NCBI GenBank assembly: GCA_964016885.1
Contig: OZ024753.1
Coordinates: 19,468,001 to 19,532,000 of the forward strand
Reading direction: 5' to 3'
From: Eledone cirrhosa
Lineage: Eukaryota
DNA length: 64,000 bases
In this document: positions 1 to 14,154 of the stretch, piece by piece
Position numbering within the stretch: the first letter of the stretch is position 1
Layout of the letters: each line of letters starts with the position of its first letter
Notes under the pieces: generated by a model
The model's input: only the letters and a program-made list of their open reading frames with translations
What the model was told of the DNA's origin: nothing
Database searches by the model: none
Position numbers and translations under genes: made by a program

Positions 1-1874
1 GATGAATGTGTAATCCATTATGTTATTGAACTTGTAGATAACATCAGTGTCATGGAGTGGAATGACTTGCATGCATGGCCGACATATGGTCTTCGACACA
101 AAACACCCTGCCCGGGGTCTTGCCTCGTACCAAGTGCAAAAAGTTAGTCAGTCATGAGCAATGGAATGGTATCCACGTCCATTACTGAATAAAATCAATA
201 GGAATAAATGTTTATTAGAAGTATTCCCTATGATATCTATCACAATCAGGTTTTATAACTTTTGCTATTAACATTGAAAGTACCTTCCAAAGCTATTTCA
301 ACAACAGTCGGAATGAGGAAAAGCTAAGTTAAACATGTTTAACACAGCGTGGAAAGACGTCACTATACACAATAAGTTACTTAAGCCGACCTCATAATTT
401 ATGCCTCTGATGATCCAATCCATGACAGGTCTAACACTTTAAGAATGACAAGTAGATATAGATTTGTACCTCTCTCGTATTCTATTCGTTTGAATAAAGA
501 TGATGTATCTTGTATTTAACAGATGATAAAGTTTCAGATAAAGAAAGATGAGTAATGCATTTGGTTGTCAGAATGGCAGACTTTAATATACTTCCCTTTA
601 TAGAATAAGAACATCTCCAGCTCCATTGATGTATATAAAATATATTCCAACATGATAATAGCATTAACAATTGCCATTTACAAGAAATGTATATCGTTTT
701 TGTGACAGTGAAGAGATAGTAGTTGAAGGCCGTCAAGTTGCAATTGTGGCGGCATTTCAAACATATAGAATCCAATTAGAATTCCTTTCTTAATTCGCTT
801 ACACCTCAGAAGATTTCGAATAAGACACTTCTTATTGCCATTTCTCTTCAACCTTCCAGTCAAACCTTAAGCAGTAACCATTAAATATCGAGTGGGAGAA
901 GAGGTGATATTAGATATATTTTATAAATGCCTTGTGGTATTCAAATGCGGCTCTTTACGTTCGATTTTAGATTAATTTGACTGTCACTGCTACGAATCCA
1001 ATAATATATCAGAATGTAGTTAAAAAAAAAACTCTGAGGAGAGCTGGACGGCAGAAGATTTTCAGAGAAGAAACCTCCCTTAAGCAGGTTCTTCGGCTCT
1101 ATTATACTTATATTTTTAATTATATCTGCATAGTTGTGATCTATTTATATTTAAATAATTTGCTGTATATATTAACTGATTTTCAAATAAATATATATTA
1201 CTCTGCTATCGTCAACATAGGTTATTGCTAGTAATAAACTTCACCTAAAGTTATCTATACATTTTAGCAGTTTGCTCATCAATCTCCAGGTTTTTCCTTC
1301 GATCCAAATACGTTGCACCTTTAGCATATGACTCTCTTCGTGGTTTTTGTTCACACAAGCGTCATAAGGAACACCGCATGTACTGAGGCCGTTCATAGTA
1401 TCATTAATTCCTGGCCCAGATTCGCACCAACATTCAGTTGTATATATTCAAACTTACTGTTCTAAGGGCAATTCGTGTATTATCAAACATCCTGAAAAAT
1501 CACTTCTCAATGAATAGCATCACACGTCATGCTAAATATTTTAAGGCTTAGTTTGTCTCGGTGGTTAGTTTGATGTTGTTTGTAGAGTAGCTAATACGGT
1601 GTTAGTCGAGTTTAACCTGTTACGTAAGGCGATTGTAGACACTGCAAATAATAGTTTTATTGTCGGGAAATTCACAATATTAGAGTTGCAGTTATATAAC
1701 ATCTGTCGTTCCTATTTGGAGGCTAGCACTGCCCATGGCTGGTTTGCGAAATCTGGATTGAGCGTTGGTTATGAGTGCAGGTCATTGGTTGGTTGAAGGT
1801 GTTTTGTGAATGGTTTCTTACGGGTTAAGGCAATCTGAGAGTTTTGTTGGCAGGGGAAGGAAATCAACGGTCAT

Positions 1875-1915
<41 letters not shown>

Positions 1916-1929
1916 CACACACATGCACG

Positions 1930-1970
<41 letters not shown>

Positions 1971-1975
<5 letters not shown>

Positions 1976-2198
1976 AAATATGTAATCTGAGTTTTTCGAA
2001 TATTAATAATAGCATTCGATTCGTTTGCAATTATGCAAACAACCCTCAATTTTATAGCCATGTCAGTAGAATGAACCCTTCATTATTGCTCTTGTGTTGG
2101 AGGCGTGTTTGCATAATAGCAAACGAATCGAATGTTATTATTAATATTCGAAAAACTCAGATTACATTTATTGTATTCAGCCATGTAGAGCGAAATGT

Positions 2199-2200
<2 letters not shown>
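1971..2200. mobile_element. Small fold-back element (about 77-bp inverted arms plus short tail) between (CA)n and (TA)n
   Basis: 1971-2048 is a near reverse complement of 2097-2174; ~26-bp tail, then (TA)n. Confidence 0.65.
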
Positions 2201-2274
<74 letters not shown>

Positions 2275-2276
<2 letters not shown>

Positions 2277-2532
2277 GTGGTGGAGCACTGGAAGGTAATA
2301 TCCGTAGTGGTAGAGCACTCAGTCCAAGGGACGAGTTAGGTAGAAGTGGTTACACAACAGTTAGTTCACCATACCGAGAACAATTGTTTCACCTTAGCGG
2401 ATCTTCAGCTCGTGATGTGCATGGTTATAGGAACAGCTCTTCCTATATCCATGCACATCCAGAGCTGAAGATCCGCAAAGGTTAAACAATTGTTCTCGGT
2501 ATGGTGAACTAACTGTTGTGTAACCACTTCTA
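2275..2532 (-). mobile_element. Non-autonomous PLE-type mini-element: 66-bp tail plus ~190-bp palindrome containing an HHR
   Basis: 2341-2532 is a near-perfect palindrome; flanked by (TA)n on both sides. Confidence 0.8.
2376..2411 (-). ncRNA. Minimal type I hammerhead ribozyme motif
   Basis: Minus strand gag-CTGAAGA-tcc gctaa ggt-GAAA-c aatt g-TT-ctc; palindromic stem III; the plus-strand arm copy has GAAA changed to TAAA. Confidence 0.7.
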
Positions 2533-3529
2533 TATATATATATATATATATATAAATATATATAATATATTAGATTCTAATATAGACACAATACCACCAA
2601 CCTTTGGAGAATGGTTGATTACATAAATGACAGTATTTGATAATTTTAATTAACGGGCGTCTGATGGCTGAATGAAAATGTTGACTACGGTGGGAAGACA
2701 GAGTAAAAAGACATCGAAAAAAACTGCAATGACAAGTTATTTTACACTCTACCGATCAAGTCAATCTGACACCTTTATCCTATATAGATGTGGCCTACAG
2801 ATCATTTTTTTTTCATTGTATTTTAAAATTACTGCTGGATTGCCCAGTATAATCATAAGAGCGTGAGCAATGAAATGATTGTGCAACTGTTTGTCACATT
2901 ACTGAATATAACAGCTTGTTTATTTCAATTAAGGGAATTATTTCTGTGCATTTCAATTAATTAATTAATTGGACATCAATGATAACTTCATGGCTTCCGC
3001 CATTAATAATATTTCAGATAATCTTCAACAATGAACCATTCAAAACTATATGATTGGACGTTTCGATTCTATGCGAGGTGTAATATAATTAGATATAATT
3101 TTCTGAAGCCTGAAATTACAGATGGATATAACCATAGACTTACAACAGGTACAAACATACATGTATATCACTCTCACTAATATAGACACATGAATTAATT
3201 GCTTCATATATAGGAGCTGATTGTTGTTTCATATTAAATTGATTCAGATTTAATTAATTCTTTAACTCAGTCCTCTGATTGCTGCCATTCTGGAACACCG
3301 AGTGACAGGATTTCCTGTTTTTTACATTAAATACAGTCATTTGCAGGGGAATTATTTCAATGTACTCCTAAGATATGGGACATATATCTGTGCAAGGGGA
3401 AGTAACTGGGGCGGAAAACATTAGTGCAGAGGATTCCTCTTTCTATGTATTGGTTTTCATCCTCCCGCTCTGATATGTACACACAGAGATACACAGACTC
3501 ACACATATATACGCACTAGTATATATATA

Positions 3530-3692
3530 TAAAGGAAAATGTTTAACCCCGACGGCAGAGCTCAACCCATTTTCCTATTACCGAAACATTTTCCTATTAC
3601 GAAACATTTTCCTATTACCCACTCTACTACTCTAAGTATTGAGTACTCTGGTGCGTTATGGGCCATTTGGTTCCTTACCACACCCCCCTTCG

Positions 3693-3693
<1 letters not shown>
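3530..3693 (+). mobile_element. Mini-element of the same family as 6521-6720 and 32478-32668, opposite orientation, rearranged
   Basis: 3610-3693 is the reverse complement of the tail of those elements; carries ccccgacggcagagctcaa and three copies of cattttcctattac. Confidence 0.7.
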
Positions 3694-3752
<59 letters not shown>

Positions 3753-3770
3753 TAGTCCCTTATGTGGCTT

Positions 3771-4260
3771 TTAATGTGTTTCAGGGATGGTTTTTAACAG
3801 GATATCTAGGAAGTTGCTGAGGCGTTGGGTTTCACAAGCGGGACCTTCTATTATAGGTCTTAATTTGAGGTCGTTGGGTGAGGGGACATTGACGAATATA
3901 TCTGTGGCTTCCTTGCATGCCTTACTTATTTTTTCACTTTTATGTATCTTAGGAATACCGTAGAAAAAGTTGGATTTACTTTTGAAGTCAGTGATATAGT
4001 TGTATTTCTTTACGGTAAGTCCTCTGTAAAGGTTTGTCAAGGTTTTCAGGTTTCTCATTATTTTCTGTTGGCTGTAGTGTTGAGCCTTTTCGTAATATGT
4101 TTCATCTTGTAAAGTTGAGAGTACGAGGGTTGTATAATATTCCGTCTCAATTAGGACTACCGCAATCCCTTTATAGACCTCTTTGATAGTTATAGTTTTA
4201 TCGTCCTTTTCTGTTCAGCTCATCCCATTCTTTCTTGCTAAAGTTTTGCCTGTATTTTTG
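3771..4260 (-). pseudogene. PLE reverse transcriptase N-terminal fragment (Neptune-like)
   Basis: FYGIPKIHKS...DLKLRPIIEGPACETQRLSNFLDILLK (PLE PKIHK and RPI motifs); upstream degenerate TIKEVYKG.AVVL. Confidence 0.8.
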
Positions 4261-4388
4261 TCTGTGTAGGTGTTGATATCGGTGTTGGTGTAGGTGTTGG
4301 AATATGTTCGCAGTATTGGTCGATAAATTTATTCTTCTCCTTTGATATGGTCTAGTTGCTTCTATATCTAGCTAATATATATATATAC

Positions 4389-4530
4389 AAAGTGTTTCCG
4401 TAGGAATGGTAAAGGAAAAGGGAGTGATCTATGTAGACTACAGACCTTTTTACTTATGTAATAAACAATGTAAGATAATTATTTTATTTACCATGGTAAA
4501 CGAAATAATTATCTTGTTGTTTATTACATT
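4389..4530 (-). mobile_element. Tail plus palindrome mini-element with an HHR 3' half
   Basis: Palindrome ~4457-4529 centred on ccatgg; contains GAAA-taatta-TC; flanked by (TA)n. Confidence 0.55.
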
Positions 4531-4550
4531 ATATATATATATATATGTGT

Positions 4551-4932
4551 GTAAATAAATCTACCAAAATATACGGTAGTGTCCAATCCGCATGAAGAAC
4601 TCAATGTAATCCAAATATCATGAAGAGAGAAGATGCATTCAAAAAGTTTCGATGAAAATCATAGGAATACAGACTCAAGATAAATTAATAAAAACAATGA
4701 AATAACAACAAAGAACAAGTTCTTTATATTAAAAAATTCCTCATTTTACGATCGTTTCTAGGATGTACATGTGTGTTGGTATGTATATCATATAGATCTA
4801 TGTAAAACTATTATAAATTATCAGAGCAAATATACATACCTTCACATATATATGCTGTCTTCAGAAATGATGAATTTTTTTAATATAAAGAAATTGTTCT
4901 TTGTTTTTATTTCATTGTTCTTAATAATTTAT
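4551..4932 (-). mobile_element. Short relative of the 24483-30312 element end: tail, HHR and inverted arm
   Basis: 4551-4870 is homologous to the reverse complement of ~29965-30312; arms ~4680-4746 and ~4865-4932 are inverted. Confidence 0.85.
4741..4870 (-). ncRNA. Type I HHR with ~100-nt stem II
   Basis: tcattt-CTGAAGA-[long hairpin]-GAAA-cgatcg-TA-aaatga. Confidence 0.7.
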
Positions 4933-4943
4933 ATATATATATA

Positions 4944-4994
4944 TAGTAATAATAATAAATTTGAAGTCTAAAATCCAAAGAGGGCTCGATAAGG

Positions 4995-5084
<90 letters not shown>

Positions 5085-5460
5085 GTATATATATATATTT
5101 ATTAAAATAACAGATTAAAGTTTATATTAGAAATAAATGTTCGCATCTTCAGCCACATGTACGATAAGTAACAACACGGTTTCGATGCCTACTTTTGGAC
5201 AGAAACTACAGCCGCACAATTAGCTGATATAAAGCTGATACTAGCTATTAGTAAATGAAAGAGAAATGGAGAAACAGATAGAAGCAATAAACACTTCGAT
5301 AAAATAGAAAATAAAGTTGGAAGAATACAAAGTAGCTTGTGATAATATCCATAAGTAGCAGACGACCAGCGGAAAGAAAAGCAATGTAGATTAAACCGAA
5401 AGATTATTTCAAATGTAAATAAGATTGATGCATTAGTGCCTGTGGGAAAGATATGGGTAT
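4944..5460 (-). mobile_element. 3' end of a PLE related to 21054-22567, with its tail split by a (TA)n expansion
   Basis: 4944-5000 matches the reverse complement of ~22510-22567; ttaaaataacagattaaagttt at ~5102 also occurs at 21061; left end well supported, right end approximate. Confidence 0.6.
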
Positions 5461-5467
5461 AAATATT

Positions 5468-5748
5468 CAGGCACAAGGCCAACAAACTTGGTTGAATCGA
5501 TCCTACTGCGTTGCTGGTACTATTTAAAAGATCCCGTCTTCTTTGGTGTTAAGCAAGGGTGAAAGGCTCCCTCTAGGGCAGGGCAGCTGTCTATAGGAGG
5601 TTTAAATCCAACTACTAGTCGTACTTTATTTTAGCTCAGTGTAAAGGAGCAACGTATTTTGATCAATAACACAATGCAACAATCAGTCCAGGAATGGCAA
5701 CGATGAACTTGTAATAGATGGTACAGCTCACTAACTACGAGACCACAA
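5468..5748 (-). mobile_element. Degenerate octopus-type SINE
   Basis: Shares the aggcacaaggcc 3' end and ctggtact core with the 43148-43361 SINE; decayed tRNA-like head at right. Confidence 0.5.
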
Positions 5749-6199
5749 TCATTCACTAATATTGTTTTGTTCATAACAAAAATAATTATTATTTATGCGG
5801 CTGCCATTTTCACGAACTTAACAGTGAATGAATCTCCTACATTATATGAAAACAATACTAAAAGAGTGTGTCTGACTCTACAATCACAATCTCCGTCATT
5901 TCATTAACACAATACCTCTCCCCTGAGGACGGAATGTTATTTCTTTCATTTCCTGTCTTCTATATAACACATTTAATCCACACTTGAGAAAAGAAATATA
6001 AACCACGTATATATAAAAACAAAAAATATCTATTGTTAATATATGGAATTTTGTATAATTAATTATTTTTATTGATAATTTATTTTCAATTTTTGACGCC
6101 ATTTCCTCTTCATCATTTTTTTGTATTTAATTTATACATATATATATGTGTGTGCCTGTATGTCTCTCCCCTCTCTCACTATATATATATACAAATATA

Positions 6200-6232
<33 letters not shown>

Positions 6233-6305
6233 TCATATATATTTATATATGTATATATATATATATAGATATTCATATATATTTATATATGTATATATAT
6301 ATATA

Positions 6306-6496
<191 letters not shown>

Positions 6497-6520
6497 TTTA
6501 TATATATATATATATATATA

Positions 6521-6717
6521 GCGAGGGAAAAGTGGTAAGGAACCAGGTGCACGATAACGCACCAAAGTACTCAATACTTAGGGTAGTAGAGTGGGTAATA
6601 GGAGTAAGTAAGACCCCGACGGCTGAGCTCAAGCCGTTTCGACGGCTAATTCTGTATTGAATCAATACAGAATTAGCCGTCGAAACGGCTTGAGCTCAGC
6701 CGTCGGGGTCTTACTTA

Positions 6718-6720
<3 letters not shown>
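6521..6720 (-). mobile_element. 80-bp tail plus perfect 119-bp palindrome containing an HHR 3' half
   Basis: 6602-6720 is a perfect inverted repeat; GAAA-cggct tgagctc agccg-TC-ggggtc; flanked by (TA)n. Confidence 0.85.
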
Positions 6721-6768
<48 letters not shown>

Positions 6769-6974
6769 ATATATATAGATATGTATTTATATTTATATAT
6801 ATATATATTTATATTTATATATTTATATTTATATATATATACATATATATTTATATATTTATATTTATATATATATATATATATATTTTATATATATATA
6901 TATATATATTTTATATATATATATATATATATTTTATATATATATATATATATTTTATATATATATATATATTT

Positions 6975-7100
<126 letters not shown>

Positions 7101-7757
7101 CATATATAGTGAAGTATATTGTGAAGGCGGAGTATATTGCCGATATATTTTTATATCTCTTATATATATTTATATATGTTTATATATTGATTCTCAGCCT
7201 CATATTTTTCTTTTAATTTTACAGCAGTTATTTTATTTTAATACATTCACGGCGCCATTCTTTAGCTCTTCATGACTCAATGCGTCTATTATGTATGTTT
7301 TGGTTGATATATATATCTTTGAATCAATCACAGACTTTACGTATCCCCCCATTGTTAATGTATGCATACATATATGCATACATACAGAGAGAGAGACACA
7401 CACTCTTACACACACACATACACACACACGCACACACACATATATATATAGATATATATATACTATAAAGAGTCGGGACCCGACGGCTGAGCTCTTGCCG
7501 TTTCAAAAGGTAGTTTCCACTGTGATATATATAACAGAATTAATATAGAAATACCTGCTACAGGACGAGAGCTGTTTCATTCCAATGGAATTATCCGGAA
7601 AGCGTCCATGTTGATTTCTTTTGAGTGAAACGGATCTAATCCTTTAGGAAACATTTCTATATTAAATTTGATGTATGTACGCTATCAATGCATGGATACC
7701 TTACTTACTGTGGTTTCTACCGCCACCCCACGATTAAACCTGGGACTCACACGCGCA

Positions 7758-7789
<32 letters not shown>

Positions 7790-7793
<4 letters not shown>

Positions 7794-7925
7794 ACTAAAT
7801 AAATTTTATCCTGACCGTAGGGTTTAGAACCCCCAAAGAAATGGAAAAAATTAAGTATAGACGTACATGGGAATCGAACCCACATCGTTGGTTATCCAGA
7901 CCACTGTGTTACCATTACATCAACA
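7790..7925 (-). mobile_element. tRNA-related SINE-like head
   Basis: Minus strand tgatgtaatggtaac (A box) ... gggttcgattccc (B box); homologous to 8064-8200 on plus. Confidence 0.6.
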
Positions 7926-7977
7926 CATCACCCAAAACATTCCACTAGAAGCTGCATTCTAGCAATTATAATGACAG

Positions 7978-8261
7978 GTAAGCATGTTTTTGAAACAGCG
8001 AGCGAGTTTGAAATTTAGAAATAGAAGTTTCACCCTATTTCTGTTACTAAAGAATTGTTCGGTTGATTGTGGGTGTAATGGTAGCACACTAGTCTGGTTA
8101 ACGAAAGATGTGGGTTCGAATCTACTGTACGTCAATACTCATCTTTTTTATTCCTTTGACGGTTCTAAACCTCGCTATGAGGTTAAAATTTCTTCAATCA
8201 AAAAATACGACGAAAGCTTCTATTTTTAATTTCAAACTCGCTCACTGTTTTAAAACATACT

Positions 8262-8264
<3 letters not shown>
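7978..8264 (+). mobile_element. Inverted-repeat-flanked element enclosing a tRNA-like Pol III unit
   Basis: 7978-8031 and 8212-8264 are imperfect inverted repeats; internal gggtgtaatggtag ... gggttcgaatct. Confidence 0.65.
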
Positions 8265-8300
<36 letters not shown>

Positions 8301-8685
8301 AAAATAACTATCAAATTGTTTCGCGTACTACAGAGACACAGGTGTGTCGAGAACCGATATACACACCTACATACGTATATTTATACTCTCATAAAATACA
8401 TATATATATAGATGCTGACCTGAATAGAACTGCTATCCAGTCTCCTTTATATTTATATTTCTTCTTTCATTTGTTGTTCTATTTTGTGATGACGGACTAG
8501 CGTCCGAAACATTAAGATTATTTTACTACTATATCAAGTATGAATCTGAGATATTTCATCAGTGTACTCTGTTATTTTCTTTGTTATTTCTGTTTAACCA
8601 TTTGCATACAAACACACGTGTATATATGAGACAATACGAAAATTATATATGTATATATATTCTCTCGTATATGATATATTTTTAC

Positions 8686-8740
<55 letters not shown>

Positions 8741-8781
8741 ATGATATTAATAAATGGAAACTATATTTATAAAATCATATT

Positions 8782-8842
8782 TATTCTATTATATATATTT
8801 CAAAGGTACCAAAATGTTGGTACGCTCTCATCAGATAAAGTA
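8782..8842 (-). ncRNA. Type I HHR in a PLE end related to the 9826-14194 element
   Basis: tactttat-CTGATGA-gagc gtaccaa catt ttggtac cttt-GAAA-tatata-TA-atagaata; flank 8745-8800 matches 9915-9975. Confidence 0.7.
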
Positions 8843-8916
8843 CAAAGTTTGCTTTATAAATATTGACATATCCAGGAAGGAGATGTTAACGGTTAAAGTT
8901 TTTTCCTGGATAGGAA

Positions 8917-8949
<33 letters not shown>

Positions 8950-9163
8950 TGTCCCGGTCGGATGTTGAAATTACTCCTCAATGGGCAATCTAACATAATT
9001 AAAGTTAAGTACCAACGACGTGTGAGAGTATAAACATTACGTTTTTTAAGGTGTGACACGTGTTTCGTTATTGATAGGTTCATTGTTTCATCTGTATCTA
9101 TCGGGTATTAATACATCACCAGACTCTTTGATTTCTTAACGATATCTTCATTTATATATGGAT

Positions 9164-9319
<156 letters not shown>

Positions 9320-9692
9320 TTGTGTGTGCGTGTGTGTGTGTGTGTGCTTGTGTGCGTATGTATGTGTGCGTTTGTGAGTATATATGAATGTATGTGTAAG
9401 TGATTGATTATATTTGTTAACGTGGTCACAGATCGATTAACATGAAGTAGAAATGAACATCGATACAACACTGTTTGAATAACTAAAATAATAGTTTACG
9501 TAAAAGATCTGTTATGGGGTCGCACAACAATGTAAACACGTTAATATAAGATATATGTGGTATTGCAATATAATACCATACACGTGTCTATGTAGACATG
9601 CGTATGTATGTGTAATTATATATGTTTAGGTGTGTGTGTGTTTTTGTATGTTTGTGTGTATTTGTAATTGTGTGAATATGCGTGTGTAGTTG

Positions 9693-9774
<82 letters not shown>

Positions 9775-9782
9775 ACTGTAGT

Positions 9783-9825
<43 letters not shown>

Positions 9826-9954
9826 GGAAAGTTATATTTAAATTGTTGTGTTACAACTAGTAAATATTTATAACTGATATAAAAGCACTCGACAAATATT
9901 TGGAGTATATTTACAATATTAAATAAATGCAAACTATATTTATAAAACCATATT

Positions 9955-10020
9955 TATTTCATTATATATATTTCAGGGATAACATATTAACAATATGCTA
10001 TGCCTTCCTCAGACAAAATA
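9955..10020 (-). ncRNA. Type I HHR (inverted-arm copy)
   Basis: Reverse complement of 14089-14154. Confidence 0.75.
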
Positions 10021-10825
10021 CAATATAAACAGTTTTATAGATAAATAGATTCGACATACCGTAACAACATGTACTTGCATTTGAGAAGGTTGATTTGGTT
10101 GTGACAAAATTGTACACAGAGAGAAAGAAAGAGAGAGAGAAAGAGAGAAAAAGAGAGAAAAAAGGAAAGAAAGACAGAAAACGAAGAAAAAGAAAAAAAG
10201 AAAAAGAAGAAATGCATGGAACAAAATAGAGAGATGGAAAGATAGATAAAGAGAAGAACTTCATGCAAAGAAACAGAAAGAGATATATATATAGAGAGAG
10301 AGAGGAAATAGAGATAGATACATATATAGAAAGCTAGGTAGTGGGACGACTGTTGAATAACGTATCAATGATACATTTATTTATTTATTTATTTATTTAG
10401 CTCTAGTATTAATGTAAGGGAGATATATGGAGGGAAAACCAACTGTTATATAGGGAGAGAAAAAATATAGAGAGAGAAAAAAAAGAGAGAGAGAAAATTC
10501 AAAAATATCCAGACACAGGCGAGGCGTAAAAATCTCTGTTTTAATGTAGAGGTATTAGTATTTACAAAACCAACCTCTGCATTGCAAATATCAGTATTTC
10601 TGAATGAGATATGTATCCACAATGTGTGAAAATTAATGATCTTATGTTTAGTTTTTTAAAAAATTCATATGTTTATGTGATAATTACAAACATCTATGTG
10701 AATGTACATGATCAATTCTGCAAACCCTAAGTTCACGGAAAGTATTCTCAATGCGGTATAAAAATTTAAGTATACATATATGTGTATATAGAGTCAATAT
10801 TACTATTTCTGTCTCTACTCTACAA

Positions 10826-12685
10826 GATTATCTATGGAGTGCAGAAAGACATGTATAATGGCCTCATACTGAAAGAGCTGAGGAAAAAGTGCAAGGTAGC
10901 AGATAAGGCCGAGCTTGAGAAAATGAATGTTGAAGCATCTTGTATAATGCACGAGTTGGAAATTGAGAACAGAACACAACCTTTCGTGCCCAGGAAACCG
11001 AAGATCAATATGAAAGATCACAAGCGGAATTTTGAAAATGACCTGCCAGTTAGATTGATCGCACCATCAAAATCGAACCTGGGCAAATAAGCAAAAACAT
11101 TCTTGACAGGGTGATACAGCAAATTAAGAACTTGGATTGTTTATCTAACCTGAGCTTGTGGAAGGGAACTGGAGAAGTCGTTGAGTGGTTTAAGCAAATT
11201 AAATATAACAATAATAATAAGTTTATTCAACTTGATATAGCTAACTATTATTCTTCTAAATCTAGCTAACTATTAATCTACTAAATAAGGCACTAAATTA
11301 CGCATTCAAACATACTGACCTAACTAGCAATGAAATGCATATTATATTATCGGCTAGGAAAACTTTCATAGAATTTAATGACCAACTATGGACCAGAGCA
11401 GATAGAGATAGCAATTTTGACATCACTATGGGATCATCCGACTCAGCCCAGGTAACTGACCTTTGTGGGTTTATTTTTAATCAATTCGCTACATAGGAAA
11501 ATACCCGGTACTACCGGAGGTTTATATAGAGACGACATGCTTTTACTTATTGATAATAATAACTCTGAACTAAATAGAAAATGTAAACAAATTACACAAT
11601 TTTTTAATTACTTTAATCTTAAAATAGAAATTGAAAACAACCATAGAATAGTCAATTTCCTAGATATAACATTAAATCTCAACACATGTCTTCACTATCC
11701 TTTTCACAAGTTGAATGAAAACTTAAACTATGTAAACTTTAACTCTAACCACCCCAGATCTGTCAAAAACACTATAGTAAACTCTGTCCAAAAACGTATC
11801 TCTAGGATCTCGTCGAATAGAAAGATTTTCGACGAAAAAGCCCAATACTACAATGAAGCATTAGCTAGAGCAGGATACGCTGATAAGATTGTGTACATAG
11901 ATAATGATAGACAAACTAAACAAAGTAACAACTTTTTTAATTACGTCAACATCCTTAACAACTATAATAGAAAGCATTACAATAATTCCAAAGGCCAAAA
12001 AAGAAATAGAACTAGGAACATAATTTGGTTTGCCCCCCCTTTCTCACTAAACATTAAAACCCACAACGCTAAACTATTTTTTAAAGCTCTTGATAATCGC
12101 TTCCCTAGAACACATAGATGTCACTCAATTTTCAATAGACATACAATTAAATTAACCTACTCATCCACCAAAAATTTAGCACAAAATATCAATAGAATAA
12201 ATAATAGGAACTTAAAACCTAGTGATAACAGCATAAATAATATACAAGTTAACAAATGTAACTGTAGAGATAGATCTAAATGTCCGTTAAATAACAACTG
12301 CTTAGTTAAAAATATAGTATACAATTGTAATGTTAATACTGACTCTAATTCTTTTAACTACGTCGGTTCCACATCGACGGAATTTAAACTTCGCTATAAT
12401 AACCACAAGAATTCTTTCACAGATCCAAGTAAAAAATCTTCAACGGCACTATCAGGGTTACTATGTCAACTTAAGCTAGATAACGTTAGATATTCGACGG
12501 CTTGGAATATAGTCTCAAGAGGGATTCCTTTTAATTCATCCTCTGAGACATGTGACCTCTGCGCAGAGGAGATATTCTTTATACTAAAATCTAAAAATTC
12601 CCTTAATCTACGGACAAATTTATTCAGTTGTTGCAAACATAGATTAAACTCAACGTTTAAATATAAATTTAAATTTAAAATGTAG
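10826..12685 (+). pseudogene. 5'-truncated, frameshifted PLE RT-GIY-YIG ORF (Hydra-like)
   Basis: MKDHK, RLIAPSKSNLG, TMGSSDSAQ, GLYRDD, VNFLDITL, WFAPPFS, CNCRDRSKCPL, IVY...YVGST...FKLRYNNH, CDLC, LNLR...CKH; frameshifts near 11085, 11260-11280 and 11460. Confidence 0.92.
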
Positions 12686-14088
12686 TATATTTAGTTTGAT
12701 TTATAATTATATGGGAAACTAGCCGATAAATCTTTGATTCTCTTTTTACTCTTTTTATTTTTATTTTATTTATTTAAACATTCTTCATGAAAAATTAAGC
12801 TATCCTAAAAGTTGATGCTCCAAATATTTCGAATAAACGTTACACTAGATAAACTTCTATATTAAATATAAGAACACATGTAGACCAAATTGGGCATCCT
12901 ATACTTTTTGAAATGATCTTTGCTAGATGCGATTTGATAGATAATTTTTGGCTTTATCTGTTTTTCGACTCTGATGTTTATAATGAACTTGGCAATATAT
13001 TGTCAATTAATTTTGAAGGGTTGATCTTTGTGGTTTATTTTATTTTTATTACTGTAGTATTTCCTAATTTTTATTTTTAATATTTTTAATATGTATTTTT
13101 TTTAATATGTAATATTTTTAATATGTAATATTCTTTCGTAATATCTCTTAGTTTTCTATTTTATTATTACTTATTATTATTATTGTTATTTTTATTTTTA
13201 GTTTAGTTTTGTTTCCGATATATTTTTATTTTTATTTTTATTAGTATATTGAAATCTGCTCTATCTTTGCTTGATAGATAATATTGTAGAGTAGAGACAG
13301 AAATAGTAATATTGACTCTATATACACATATATGTATACTTAAATTTTTATACCGCATTGAGAATACTTTCCGTGAACTTAGGGTTTGCAGAATTGATCA
13401 TGTACATTCACATAGATGTTTGTAATTATCACATAAACATATGAATTTTTTAAAAAACTAAACATAAGATCATTAATTTTCACACATTGTGGATACATAT
13501 CTCATTCAGGAATACTGATATTTGCAATGCAGAGGTTGGTTTTGTAAATACTAATACCTCTACATTAAAACAGATTTTTACGCCTCGCCTGTGTCTGGAT
13601 ATTTTTGAATTTTCTCTCTCTCTCTTTTTTCTCTCTCTATATTTTTTCTCTCACTATATAACAGCTGGTTTTCCCTCCATATATCTCCCTTACATTAATA
13701 CTAGAGCTAAATAAATAAATAAATAAATAAATAAATGTATCATTGATACGTTATTCAACAGTCGTCCCACTACCTAGCTTTCTATATATGTATCTATCTC
13801 TATTTCCTCTCTCTCTCTATATATATCTCTTTCTGTTTCTTTGCATGAAGTTCTTCTCTTTATCTATCTTTCCATCTCTCTATTTTGTTCCATGCATTTC
13901 TTCTTTTTCTTTTTTTCTTTTTCTTCGTTTTCTGTCTTTCTTTCCTTTTTTCTCTTTTTTTCTCTCTTTCTCTCTCTCTTTCTTTCTCTCTGTGTACAAT
14001 TTTGTCACAACCAAATCAACCTTCTCAAATGCAAGTAGATGTTGTTACGGTATGTCGAATCTATTTATCTATAAAACTGTTTATATTG

Positions 14089-14154
14089 TATTTTGTCTGA
14101 GGAAGGCATAGCATATTGTTAATATGTTATCCCTGAAATATATATAATGAAATA
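14089..14154 (+). ncRNA. Type I HHR in the PLE 3' region
   Basis: tattttgt-CTGAGGA-aggc atagcatatt gtt aatatgttat ccct-GAAA-tatata-TA-atgaaata. Confidence 0.78.

Noticed and set aside
1-1470. Possible host exons (short open frames near 1-150 and 1245-1445)
   Set aside because: No recognisable domain or coherent splice pattern; a host gene cannot be excluded without homology searches or RNA data
7468-7565. Relative of the 6521 family with an HHR 3' half on the minus strand
   Set aside because: The core 5' half is degenerate (ctgtagc) and the boundaries are unclear
8064-8135. Functional tRNA gene
   Set aside because: A and B boxes are present but the acceptor and anticodon stems do not form well; treated as SINE-like
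8486-8520. HHR-like GTGATGA-c ggac tagc gtcc-GAAA
   Set aside because: C3 is mutated and stems I and III do not pair; at most a decayed remnant
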